Notes under the pieces: generated by a model
Databases searched by the model: none
Seen by the model: the letters and a program-made list of their open reading frames with translations, nothing else
What the model was told of the DNA's origin: nothing
Made by a program: the position numbers and the translations under genes
Origin: Macrostomum lignano
Taxonomy: Eukaryota
Assembly: GCA_002269645.1 (NCBI GenBank)
Contig: NIVC01000067.1
Coordinates: 992,001-1,056,000 of the forward strand
Reading direction: 5' to 3'
DNA length: 64,000 nucleotides
Part shown: piece after piece, positions 53,146 through 64,000 of the stretch
Layout of the letters: each line of letters starts with the position of its first letter
Numbering within the stretch: the stretch's first letter is position 1

Positions 53146-56100
53146 GCCTGTATGCCTGTCTGTCTACCTGTCTGTCTGCCTGTCCCTGTCAATCGAATAC
53201 ACAGCAACTCGCAGACTAACCCGTCCGTTAGCAAACACGACCAGGGTGAAGGTCTTGTCAAACCAGCGATTGCAGCCGTTGCCATGCAGCAGGCTCTTGG
53301 CAAATCTATCAAGCTGAGAATCGTCTTCTGGATCGTAATCGGCCGATTCCTCGTCAAGCGCCAGCACAAAAGCGGCGCGCTCGATGGCGTCCAGGCTGGT
53401 TCGGTTGGCGCCGCGCGAGAAGAAATCGCGACGCGCCCTGGCCCAAATCCGGCGCTCGCCGGCGGTGAGAGCGGCCAAATCGGCCTCTCCAGCGGACGGC
53501 GCCGATTTGTCGTTCAAGATGCTCTGGAACTGCTGCTCCAGCTCGCACGGCTCGAGCCAACGGCCGGCATAGTAAAAGTACACCTGAAAAAGGGGGACGA
53601 GGGTAGCGCCTAATTAGCTCGTGAAGTTCTAATGCCACTTGGGAGCACGAGATTTTATTGTCCCGTTTAAATGTACATTATTCCGGCATACTGGTAATAA
53701 AATCTAAGAGTCACGTGATCTAATCAAAGATAAGACCAATCTAGCCAGTTCAGATGCATTTGAAATAGAACAAAATCTAGCAAGCTCTAGTTAGTTACAG
53801 TTCCGCAGAGGGCCCGAGAGAGGCGACAATCAACCCGCAACCAGAGAGCAGACAAGCAGCCAGCCATGCTAATAATACTGTTGACCCCTGAGCAGGAGAG
53901 CACGCTCACGCACACGGAGATACGTAGGCAGGCACAACGCTCATACAGGGTGTACAGCGGCCCTGACTATCTCATCATCAGGCCTGAACACACTGTGTGC
54001 TTTGGGGTTGAAACAGACAATCAGACAGACAGACAAACACTAAGACAGGCAAACAGACAGAGAGACTGAAAGGCAGGCAGGCAGGTAGACAGACAGATAG
54101 AAACTAAGACAGACAGACAGACAGACAGATAGACACTAAGACAGACACGCAAGCAGACAGACAGATACTAAGACAGGCAGACAGACAGATACTAAGACAG
54201 GCAGACACTAAGACAGGCAGACAGGCAGATACTAAGACAGGCAGACACTTAGACAGGCAGACAGGCAGATACTAAGACAGGCAGACACTAAGACAGGCAG
54301 ACAGGCAGACACTAAGACAGGCAGGCAAGCAGACAGACAGATACTAAGACAGGCAGACACTAAGACAGGCAGACAGACAGATACTAAGACAGGCAGACAC
54401 TAAGACAGGCAGACAGGCAGACACTAAGACAGGCAGACAGACAGATACTAAGACAGGCAGACACTAAGACAGGCAGACAGGCAGACACTAAGACAGGCAG
54501 GCAAGCAGACAGACAGATACTAAGACAGGCAGACAGGCAGACACTAAGACAGGCAGGCAAGCAGACAGACAGATACTAAGACAGGCAGACAGGCAGACAC
54601 TAAGACAGGCAGGCAAGCAGACAGACAGATACTAAGACAGGCAGACAGGCAGACACTAAGACAGGCAGGCAAGCAGACAGACAGATACTAAGACAGGCAG
54701 ACAGGCAGGCAAGCAGACAGACAGATACTAAGACAGGCAGACAGGCAGACACTAAGACAGACACGCAAGCAGACAGACAGATAATAAGACAGGCAGACAG
54801 GCAGACACTAAGACAGACAGACAGACAGATACTAAGACAGGCAGACAGGCAAGCAGACAGACAGACAGAGAGACACTAAGCAGACAGACAGGCATATGTG
54901 TGATTTGCAAGACAATCCTTGGGCCAGCAATAAGCCGGCCGTGCACGGAATCTAATATTGAACTGATGTACTTTAGTGCTAGAGTCGGATACCCCGTCTT
55001 AAACAGAAATAGGAATTTATTAGGGGATAAAATTTTGCTAACAATATAGGCAAAATACTAGTTAATATTTCATGTTATGTTCCAGCTTTACCTTGAAGTA
55101 CCTGCCCGCGTGGTACACAGCAATATGCTTAGCATCGTTCAGGTGCATAATCCGGTCGCGTTCATCGCCGGGTATTCTAGTTGTAGCAAACAGTCTCTCG
55201 TATTGCCAGCTGCACAATGGCACAGTATCGTTAATGCTAAGCGGCTTGACTTCCTCGCGGCTCAGCTTGCGCCAATACTGCAGCATAGACCAGGACACGT
55301 TGGCGGCCCTGGCCGCTTGCACTCGGGTTGGCCGAACAAATATGGCATCGATGCCGTAATAGTTGGAGTTCACCTGGCCAGCGTTAAAGGAGGTGGCGAC
55401 TAATTTATGTTTTGTTGAGAAGAAAACTCAATTAAGATACACGGGGCCTGCGCTACTTATACACTTCTAGTTGGTTACTATGGTCACTAGAGGGACACCG
55501 GACAAGGCCCGACTTTCTCATTGCCAGGCATGTGCAGACTGCGCCTTTGGTGTCTGGGGTGTCGGCTCTCAGGAGTCATGGACGTGAATCGTACGATAAG
55601 TCCCCTTGGCCAAGCGCGAACCCGGATGTTTGTTCCCCTACCGTTAGGACTAAACAATGTTTTTTGTGCAATGAAATGTCACAATTATTGGAATTATTGC
55701 GACTTTGGCTGTCTATTAGTTGTCAAATTTGAGTAATCTGTTAACATGAAATCTGCGTAGCCTTTTGAAACTCATGTGGGTCAGAGAGGCTTACGAACCA
55801 CACCTGAGGGTCACATTGACAGTCGCACGAGTGATCGTCGTTTAAGGGTCACAAAACGGTCACATAGTCAAAATGTGACTTCCCACTTTTATACGGGCTA
55901 GATAGAGATGTTGGCATTTTATTTTTATTCTGAACTTCCTAATTTAATAATTTATAACTCCCAGTTGCTCAAGGAATCTGCACGGAACAAATTAAGCGAT
56001 TCTGAACGCATAAACTCAGCACGAAGCTACTTAATAAGACTACTTAGTTTTAGTAGCATGGCGAGAGTATTTTACACCATTTGGCTTGGGGAGTAATAAA

Positions 56101-57825
56101 ATAATTGGATTGAACTGCTACTGTGGAGATGGGCGCTTACCATAATGGGATCCCGGCTGTACAGGTAGACAAACTCCTCCCACCAATCGCTGACATAGTT
56201 AGGCGCCCACCAAGACTTCAGTCGCAGATAGAATTGCAATTTCTTGGCGGTGCCCTTAGATTTAAATTCGTCAGCTAATTGACGCATCTCGGCCATCTGA
56301 TCGTCGCTTAGCAACGGTTCCATAGAGACCAGGTAGCGCCGGATTGTATCGTCAACATTAGGCACAGGCAGGCGCGGCAGTGCGCCCTGGAACGAATACA
56401 GGCCGGCCCGCTTGCACGAGACTAGCAGCTTAACTAGCACTGACCACACTTTGGTGCGCCAGGATATGCTGCGGCCGTGGGCTTCGTACATCCAGCCGTG
56501 ATAGGCTAGCAGGCAGCCAATCAGCTGCTTGTACAGCAGTATAGCGCTCAGCCAAAGACCGCAAGCGATTAGTGCGCAGGAGACATAGGTGTCGTGCGGC
56601 GGAACAACACCCAGGTACCTTAGATAGGAAAGTGGGATTGTGGGGGTCACTGACAATCTCTATAATGAGAATGACTCGAGAGTGAATCTCTAGAATGAGG
56701 ATGTGACTGCAGAGTGAATCTCTAGAATGAGGATGTGACTGCAGAGTGAATCTCTAGAATGAGGATGTGACTGCAGAGAGAATCTCTAGAATGAGGATGT
56801 GACTGCAAAGTGACTCTCTAGAATGAGGATGACTGCAGAGTGAATCTCTAGAATGAGGATGTGACTGCAGAGTGAATCTCTAGAATGAGGATGCGACTGG
56901 AGAGTGACTCTCTAGAATGAGGATGTGACTGCAGCAGAGTGAATCTCTAGAATGAGGATGTGACTGCAGAGAGAATCTCTATAATGAGGATGCGACTGGA
57001 GAGTGACTCTCTAGAATGAGGATGTGACTGCAGAGTGACTCTCTAGAATGAGGATGTGACTGCAGAGTGAATCTCTAGAATGAGGATGTGACTGCAGAGT
57101 GAATCTCTAGAATGAGGATGCGACTGGAGAGTGACTCTCTAGAATGAGGATGTGACTGCAGCAGAGTGAATCTCTAGAATGAGGATGTGACTGCAGAGAG
57201 AATCTCTAGAATGAGGATGCGACTGGAGAGTGACTCTCTAGAATGAGGATGTGACTGCAGAGTGACTCTCTAGAATGAGGATGTGACTGCAGAGTGACTC
57301 TCTAGAATGAGGATGCGACTGGAGAGTGACTCTCTAGAATGAGGATGCGACTGGAGAGTGACTCTCTAGAATGAGGATGCGACTGGAGAGTGACTCTCTA
57401 GAATGAGGATGCGACTGGAGAGTGACTCTCTAGAATGAGGAGGGTGAGTCTCGATGCCGATCGGAGAGTGAACTCTGGGATAGGGAAGAAAGTCCTACAT
57501 AGTGAAATTTCAAAGACTGAAATGCATTTATTGGCATGACGACTCACTTGACCACAACGGGATTGAGCAGTTTGACATAGCCAAGTGACAGGTCATTGCC
57601 AAACATGGTGGCCAAAATCATGACCAGCATGGTGGTGAGCAGGCTGCCCGGTTTAGCCGGGTAGATGCCGTTTCTCAGCCGATTCTTAAAGCCAGCATAG
57701 CGCTTCTTGTAGGCGCGAACTCCCGACCGCCATACCTGGTGGAGGGCGTCTTTGTCAAATTCAAACTGGATGCCCTGGTCAGTGATGTTGAAAGCAAACA
57801 CAACTGCTTGGTGAGCTTCAGCCAT
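48653..57825 (-). CDS. CPT1: Carnitine O-palmitoyltransferase 1, 9 coding exons, 769 aa
   Basis: Exons 57825-57548, 56618-56141, 55373-55092, 53583-53221, 51571-51546, 51418-51347, 50517-50130, 49476-49117, 48715-48653 (2310 nt, phases compatible). Motifs: MAEAHQAV N-terminus, two TM segments, [35 protein letters not shown] (catalytic His), [66 protein letters not shown]. Confidence 0.96.
48770..49090. repeat. 31-bp minisatellite (CPT1 intron 8)
   Basis: Unit TTAACCTACTCCAAGCTAATGTATCTAC(C/A)AA. Confidence 0.95.
49625..50075. repeat. 37-bp minisatellite (CPT1 intron 7)
   Basis: Unit CAGCTGCACCCAATGGCCATTGCTCCTAATCAGTGAG. Confidence 0.96.
50600..51255. repeat. About 32-bp minisatellite (CPT1 intron 6)
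   Basis: Unit TGACAATAACGATTGAAGGACAGTCAGGCGAG and variants. Confidence 0.96.
51750..52090 (-). mobile_element. tRNA-derived SINE, near full length
   Basis: Minus-strand head GGGGGTCGTATCCCAGTGGTCTAGCGCGGCG...GGCTCGATTCC (A/B boxes). Body shared with the copies at 5213, 30800 and 53920. Confidence 0.75.
52135..53190. repeat. (TCTG)n microsatellite (CPT1 intron 4)
   Basis: Long TCTG run with TTTC/TTGTCCA interruptions. Confidence 0.99.
53885..54890. repeat. SINE fragment (about 53885-54005) followed by a GACA-derived higher-order repeat
   Basis: ACAGGGTGTACAGCGGCCCTGACT body, then repeated AGACAGGCAGACACTAAGACAGGC(AGGCAAGC) units. Confidence 0.9.
56660..57440. repeat. 32-bp minisatellite (CPT1 intron 1)
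   Basis: Unit CTCTAGAATGAGGATGTGACTGCAGAGTGAAT, about 24 copies. Confidence 0.96.
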
Positions 57826-58389
57826 GGCTTTGGTTTTGTAAACTTGTTTTTGCTAAGGGAGAAAGCCTTGCAAAATTTCTTTGCACAAAATTGCTCAATA
57901 GAATTGAGCTTTTGAATTGCTGCATGCATTAGGGTCATTTTATATTTTAATTATTCTGATTTAAAGTAAGTTTAAGCTACAAATTTAAAGGAAATTGACA
58001 CAAAAGCAGGTATTAAAATTATTGCTCATGCCTACATAGAAATTGTTATACAAGACTAAATAGAGCCTTATGCATATATTCTAGACACTTGATATTAAAA
58101 CAAAGGTTTTTAGGCCTAGCTTTTATAAGTAGGCCTATTATATTATTAGTATATTTACTTCATACCATTTTGCCAACACTATTCTATATCCCTTTAAATT
58201 TAAAACCATATAAGAAGACTTTAGCCTACATTGCATAAAAATTATAATGACAGTGCAAAGAGGCAAAAATAATAATTTGAAGTGTTGTAGGCCTACTACT
58301 AAAACCCTAACATAAAGCATATAGCAAGCAAAAGAAAGGTTGATTTGCTATAAGCCACTAAGGGCCTAGCTTAATGAATTACCCACAAA

Positions 58390-59600
58390 AAATGCTTACT
58401 GAGATTTGTCTACCAAGATTTGCCTACCAAGATTTTCCTAACAAGAATTGTCTATAGTATATTTTGCCTATAAGCAAATTGCCTATCAAGATTTGCCTAT
58501 GAGCAAATTATTCATTAAGATTTTTTGCCAATTTTTGTCCAGAATGCATATTTTCCAACAGTGCATTTAGCCATGCAGTAGCTGGATTCAATCTGCATTA
58601 CCCCCCCAATGCTATTTAATAAGTTAGTCTTATATATATAGGCATACATGCGCAACCCCCCCTGATTTACACTGGCCATGCAACTTACCTGTAAAAGAAA
58701 CCCTAACGCAATTTTGGGTAAACGGCAGGAGTAACTATGACTGTCTTATAAGGGCTAAATGCCTCGTCATCTAATTAGTACTAAGTCTGTATTCTTTAGG
58801 CTGGGCATTTTTGCAACTTACCCCTAATCCACCACAATTTATAGTGGCCAGATTGGCCAGGTTGGCCAGCAGTTGCGCATGTATGTATATAAGCCTAAGT
58901 CTAAATAAAGAGATTTGGAAAACAAAGCAACATAGCATATTCATGAATTAATAGCTGACTAATGTATCTATGCATATATAATTACATATAACTAAATAGG
59001 CCTACCAAGTGGCAAGTGCAAACCTTGCAAGAAACCTTGTCCTTGACAAAAAACTGGTGATCCTTTGGTTACCTACTCTAAATTATTTAAACCTTTTTTT
59101 GAACTTTTCAGAGTCCGACAAGCTCACAGAGTTCTTGCAAGAGTTCACAGAGTTCTATATAAGGTAGTAGTGTATTATCTAGTTATTTCTAGTAGAGGAT
59201 ATTGCCAAAGTGCTAATGAAGGAAAGCTTGGTGCCACATGAACTCTTGCAAGTACATTTCAAACAAATTATTGCTGGTTCCATGTATAGCTTGAAACTTG
59301 GCTTTGCAGTTGCCCCACATTCCCTCTATAATATTCTTACAAGCCACTAGGTTGTTGGGGTCTCGGAAATGCAGCAAATGGTTGACTGTCAGATAGTTGG
59401 CCAACATATTGTAGGCCGCCTATTGGTATAGGGTTTAAATAATTTAGAATGGGAAACCAACCAAAGGATTGCCAAAAACTTAGTAGGCAATTTGTTCATA
59501 GGCCTAGACAAGAAAATCTTGTCAAGAAAAGCTTAGTATTCAAATCTCTTGCAAGCAAATCTCAGTAGGCAATTTATCTATAAGAAACTCTCATAGACCC
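58390..59600 (-). mobile_element. Merlin (IS1595/ISXO2-like) DNA transposon remnant
   Basis: Minus-strand AAYNMLANYLTVNHLLHFRDPNN...NIIEGMWGNCKAK...HGTS...YLQEFMW (about 59213-59420) matches the Merlin/IS1595 C-terminal pattern (TVNH..F.DP...N.IE..W...K...G......YL.EF.W). About 110-bp degenerate inverted ends with internal repeats (CTTACTGAGATTTG at 58395 / CAAATCTCAGTAGG at 59556). Confidence 0.75.
58716..58778 (+). pseudogene. Isolated 63-bp 28S rRNA fragment spanning the R2/I-PpoI target region
   Basis: GGGTAAACGGCAGGAGTAACTATGACTGTCTTATAGGGCTAAATGCCTCGTCATCTAATTAGT vs the recalled conserved LSU sequence GGGTAAACGGCGGGAGTAACTATGACTCTCTTAAGGTAGCCAAATGCCTCGTCATCTAATTAGT. Confidence 0.85.
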
Positions 59601-59740
59601 CAATGACCTAGCTATACATATATATATGGCCTACCTATATTTATATCAAAATTTCAAACTTTTCTATTATGTTCTTTTAATATCTAATTAAATTAGTTTA
59701 GGTTTACCTATACATGCATAACCTTGGGGCTTGGGAATCA

Positions 59741-59975
59741 TTTAGCCATTTCTATTGGCAACACACACATGTAAGTCACTATTGGCTGAGAGCAATCAGC
59801 TGACTAATTTTCTGTTGGTGAACCTAGGGATTTACCCAGCCATTTCAATTGGCAACACACACACGACACATGTAAGTCACTATTGGCTGAGAGCAGTCAG
59901 CTGATTACTTTTCTGTCCAATAGTGATTTACATGTGTGTGTTGCAAATAGAAATGGCTGGGTAAATCCCTAGGTT
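59741..59975. mobile_element. Hairpin MITE (59821-59975) with a tandem partial duplicate (59741-59820)
   Basis: AACCTAGGGATTTACCCAGCCATTTC...ACATGTAAGTCACTATTGG / CCAATAGTGATTTACATGT...GAAATGGCTGGGTAAATCCCTAGGTT. Confidence 0.8.
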
Positions 59976-62679
59976 GTGGGTTGCGCCTAAGTATGAGTTT
60001 ATCCAACTTTTGTCTAGGCCTAAGTCCAATGAAATTTTAAAAGTTATTTTTTTCTATTTGTTATTTGATAAATCTTAGGCTTAGGCCTATTTGGCTAAAA
60101 AAAGACACATTCACCTTAGGCCTTTTGAAAATCAGGCCTAGTCAAGAAAGAAAGATAAAAATGGCAGTTAGGCCTAGGCCTATGAAAAAAATTATATTTA
60201 TTATGGAATTTTGGTATCCTAATATTAAATAGGCCTATCTTATTTTAGGCCAAATTAGTTAACTAGGCCTAACCCACTCACTAATCCACTCAATAACCCT
60301 AACCCACTCACTTAGGCCTATCTGTATCACTACAATTGGCATTATGTAGGGGCAGGCCTACTATAGGCTAGGGGGTGGCTGGGGGCCTAATATTGTGGCC
60401 AACTCAAGTAGAAAATTTATAAATATAAGCAAGTTCAGATTGACAAAATTGCTGTGTGCACTAAAACTGAAAAAAGCTGAAACTGGCTGACTGCTTTCTA
60501 CACATTGAAAACCTTGTCAAGCAGTAAGCCTGGCTAGAATCGTCATTTTTCTCTTGGCTTTTTCATTAATCCGGTTCGGTTCCGGCAAAACTGGAATCTA
60601 ATGACAAAGCTGATTTTATTATCATTTTAAAATTTTTTCCTAAGTCCCTAATAAAAACTTCAAAAAATTAAACCACACAAAGTAGCTACTTACTTTTGCG
60701 AAGCCAATTTCTTTGTTTAATTGCGTTTGGCGTAAAGATTTGTAGTTTGAACTTTCTTCATTATATGAAATAATTTTTTATTTATCGCGCTCACAAGTCA
60801 ACAACAGACAGAATTAAGTTTAACAGTGTCTATCTGTTCTGCTAGAACATAAAAAACGATAACTCAAAGCTAGACACATATTCGCTATTTGTCTAATCAC
60901 TGCAACCTAACTTTTTGACTAGATTTTTTAGCTCATGAATGAAATAAAATTTTACCAAAAGATGTCATTTAATAGCTTAGCTTTTTTGTTCAAGCGTGAA
61001 ACAAAGTAGTACATAATATAAAAGATGATATGCTTTTGACACCTACACTCGGTAGTAAGATTGAATTTCTTAAAAGAGAAATAAAAAGTCAAACTTACTT
61101 GTCTTTCAAATGAAAAAAGTGCATTTTAGAGGAACTCTTGTTATATTAAGTATTTGTATGTTTAGTGTCTACCTAAGCCATGTTTATAATTCTTATAAGT
61201 CTTTATAAATATACAAGCTTTTAAACTGCTAATATTTCGAACAGTAGGCAGCTCTTACTGGAGACTTGTATATGTTTTGTAAAATATTATAATTTAATAT
61301 TTTTGCAAAAAATATGTTATTATAAATGATGGAGACTTAAATTAAAAATATACTTTATAAAAATATTCACATGCAGTTGTTGAATTCATTCATTTGTTAT
61401 GTGAAATTATCTCAGCATAAATTTGGGAGGGTTTTAACATTTCACTATGAACTCCTATTTTTGTTTATTAGCCAATGAAAATTAATTAAAAACCATTTTT
61501 AAATCCAATGCTATTATATTGATCTGTAAAAACATATTGCATATTGATATTGAATATCAATTCTATTATTCTATTTGCCTCTTGGTAAAAGCCAGAAATA
61601 ATACAAGGCTACCAAAAACTGATTGCCATCTGGAACTAGTTCTAGCAGGCAGTTTTAGCCATGCAAAACTAGCCATTAAGTCACATGGAATGCATTCTAG
61701 GCAATCTTATGCTTGGGATAGATAAACCATAGAATCTGCACTTTAATTCTAGTCCTAAAGAACCCCGGATTCTCGGCTAGCTGCTATCACCAGAGCCATC
61801 GAATATTTTCCGGCCTCCTTCTCATCTTATTCGAGACAAAAAGTCGAACACACGGCCGATAAAGTTAATCTATATGATGCGAGACGAGCATGCCAGAGAG
61901 GAAGGAAGGTTGGGAAGCGCAAGGCTTGGCCAAATTGCTAATTCGCCATTGGTCAGGTTGATTCGCATCCTGGGATCAAGCACCGAGTCTGGCCTGGGAC
62001 TTTAATCTCTTCTTCCCGGTGGTATAAACCCCTGCTCCCCCAGCCACTCCTCTCCATCCATACGTATTCCCATGCGCTAATTTCTCCTCTTGGCTCAGCT
62101 CATGCTGATGCCTATCCTTGCCAGTTTTATCTTGGATTCTACCACAATTTTATCCCTTTTGCCATTTTTTCCCTAGGGTACAATCGAGTCTTTTTGTATA
62201 CTAAATTGAGCCGGGAAGACCAGAAAGCAGCTTTAGTAAGTTAGTAGCAAGCAACTACTTCGAAGTACTAAGAGACAATACGAAGCATTAAAAACGTTTT
62301 GAAGGCCGATTATTGAAAATTATGGTTATAAATCTTGTTATGAGTTGAAGGAACAGCATCAACATGCCGTTTTCACATTTGTTTTGTAGACACATTAATT
62401 GGACTTTTCTAAACATGCTCAGTGGAAATAGAAAAGTTCAACTGACCTTCAAAAGTGGACAGTTGCAGTCTGAAATGCTGCTCGTTTCAGAGGTCAATTG
62501 TAACTATCTCACGATCCGCATATATATGCACTTTATGCTTCCCATAATGGGGATTAACTGTCTGTGAAATTTACTTGTGAACAGGGGCGTTTTTGAATTT
62601 GCGCCTGGGCTTGAATTTCTCATGGCGACCTGTCTAGGAAGTGTTTGCGCAAATGGAAATTTCAGGATGTGGTAACTGT

Positions 62680-63665
62680 AGGGATGGGTCTCAGAGATGG
62701 GAATGGGGATAGCTGGAGTCTCAGGGATGGGAATGGGGATAGCTGGAGTCTCAGGGATGGGAATGGGGATATCTGCAGTCTCAAGGATGGGAATGGGGAT
62801 AGCTGGAGTCTCAGGGATGGGAATGGGGATATCTGCAGTCTCAGGGATGGGAATGGGAATAGCTGGAGTCTCAGGGATGGGAACGGGGATATCTGCAGTC
62901 TCAGGGATGGGAATGGAGATAGCTGGAGTCTCAGGGATCGGAATGGGGATAGCTAGAGTCTCAGGGATGGAAATGGGGATAGCTGCAGTCTCAGGGATGG
63001 GAATGGGGATAGCTGCGGCATCAGGGATGGGAATGAGGATAGCTGGAGTCTCAGGGATGGGAATGGGGATAGCTGCGGCATCAGGGATGGGAATGGGGAT
63101 AGCTGCAGTCTCAGGGATGGGAATGGGGATAGCTGGAGTCTCAGGGATGGGAATGGGGATAACTGCGGCATCAGGGATGGGAATGGGGATATCTGCAGTC
63201 TCAGGGATGGGAATGGGGATAGCTGGAGTCTCAGGGATGGGAATGGGGATAACTGCGGCATCAGGGATGGGAATGGGGATAGCTGCGGCATCAGGGATGG
63301 GAATGGGGATATCTGCAGTCTCAGGGATGGGAATGGGGATAGCTGCGGCATCAGGGATGGGAATGGGGATAGCTGGAGTCTCAGGGATGGGAATGGGGAT
63401 AGCTGCAGTCTCAGGGATGAGAATGGGGATATCTGCAGTCTCAGGGATGGGAATGGGGATAGCTGGAGTCTCAGGGATGGGAATGGGGATAGCTGCAGTC
63501 TCAGGGATGGGAATGGGGGATAGCTGCAGTCTCAGGGATGGGAATGGGGATAGCTGCAGCATCAGGGATGGGAATGGGGATAACTGCAGCATCAGGGATG
63601 GGAATGGGGATAGCTGGAGTCTCAGGGATGGGAATGGGGATAGCTGCAGTCTCAGGGATTCGACT
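62680..63665. repeat. 30-bp G-rich minisatellite (about 33 copies)
   Basis: Unit TCAGGGATGGGAATGGGGATAGCTG(G/C)AGTC. Confidence 0.97.
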
Positions 63666-64000
63666 GGGGATAGCTTTTTAGTTACAAGACTTTAAGTACG
63701 AGTAATTTATGTCGGTATTGTTAGAAAATTGAATTATATTTATCTTTTGTGCTATCATGGCTCTCTTGCACATAATATTACCAGGGTATGACAATGTTTT
63801 TTACTTATCAATTCATCAACTTTGTCAAAAACTTTCAGCACCTAATTCAAATCAGGGCTGCAAATGAAATGCAATGAACAGTTTGCAACTTGCATTGGGT
63901 AGAGAATATAGATTATAAATTGATTTAACAGTTAATTTGATTGAATCCAGTTATTCGCATCAGAAATGCTGGTGAAAGAGTACCGAATCTGCATGCCTCT

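Noticed and set aside
56622-56656. ORF-track start of CPT1 exon 2 at 56656
   Set aside because: An acceptor giving an exon start at 56618 has a better pyrimidine tract and reproduces the spacing between SLG and GLW that I recall from mammalian CPT1A.
58561-58800. A true rDNA unit
   Set aside because: Only 63 bp match 28S and the flanks are unrelated, so it is reported as a fragment.
62504-63695. 362-aa PIPIPETAA and 332-aa GMGIAGVS ORFs resembling mucin or elastomeric proteins
   Set aside because: The 30-bp unit keeps frames open on both strands; there is no signal peptide, splice site or unique domain.

Overview
Eukaryotic (animal) genomic DNA, rich in introns and repeats. The gene set, the GACA/AGT microsatellites and the minisatellite-filled introns suggest a flatworm such as Macrostomum; this assignment is inference. 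Four host genes could be reconstructed exon by exon with phase-compatible GT-AG introns: (1) a 2-exon, 102-aa secreted neuropeptide precursor (minus, 4186-5399; signal peptide plus ...QRPHRSIGW-GKRR); (2) a 5-exon, 397-aa unknown protein (plus, 13538-16062); (3) a 7-exon transmembrane neuregulin/vein-like EGFR ligand with Ig, EGF and TM domains (minus, 32101-47014); (4) a complete 9-exon, 769-aa carnitine O-palmitoyltransferase 1 (minus, 48653-57825). Between about 17.7 and 27.3 kb is a nest of mobile DNA. It holds an apparently intact, intron-containing Crypton-type tyrosine recombinase gene (23064-24629, 489 aa) directly followed by a second, decayed Crypton recombinase (20585-21916), which a long-TIR piggyBac has interrupted at a TTAA. 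A second piggyBac derivative with the same terminal architecture lies just beyond. The 8-mer CCATAGAC/GTCTATGG occurs 20 times by my manual count (about 2 expected). It clusters around the Crypton genes and around a third Crypton remnant at about 1.2 kb, and often forms inverted pairs; it is a candidate recombination/terminus motif. Also present: Tc1/mariner and Merlin remnants, tRNA-derived SINEs (one CORE-SINE), foldback elements, about 20 tandem repeats, a 63-bp 28S rDNA fragment altered at the R2/I-PpoI site, and a strongly CpG-depleted TAGGCCTA-rich block upstream of CPT1.
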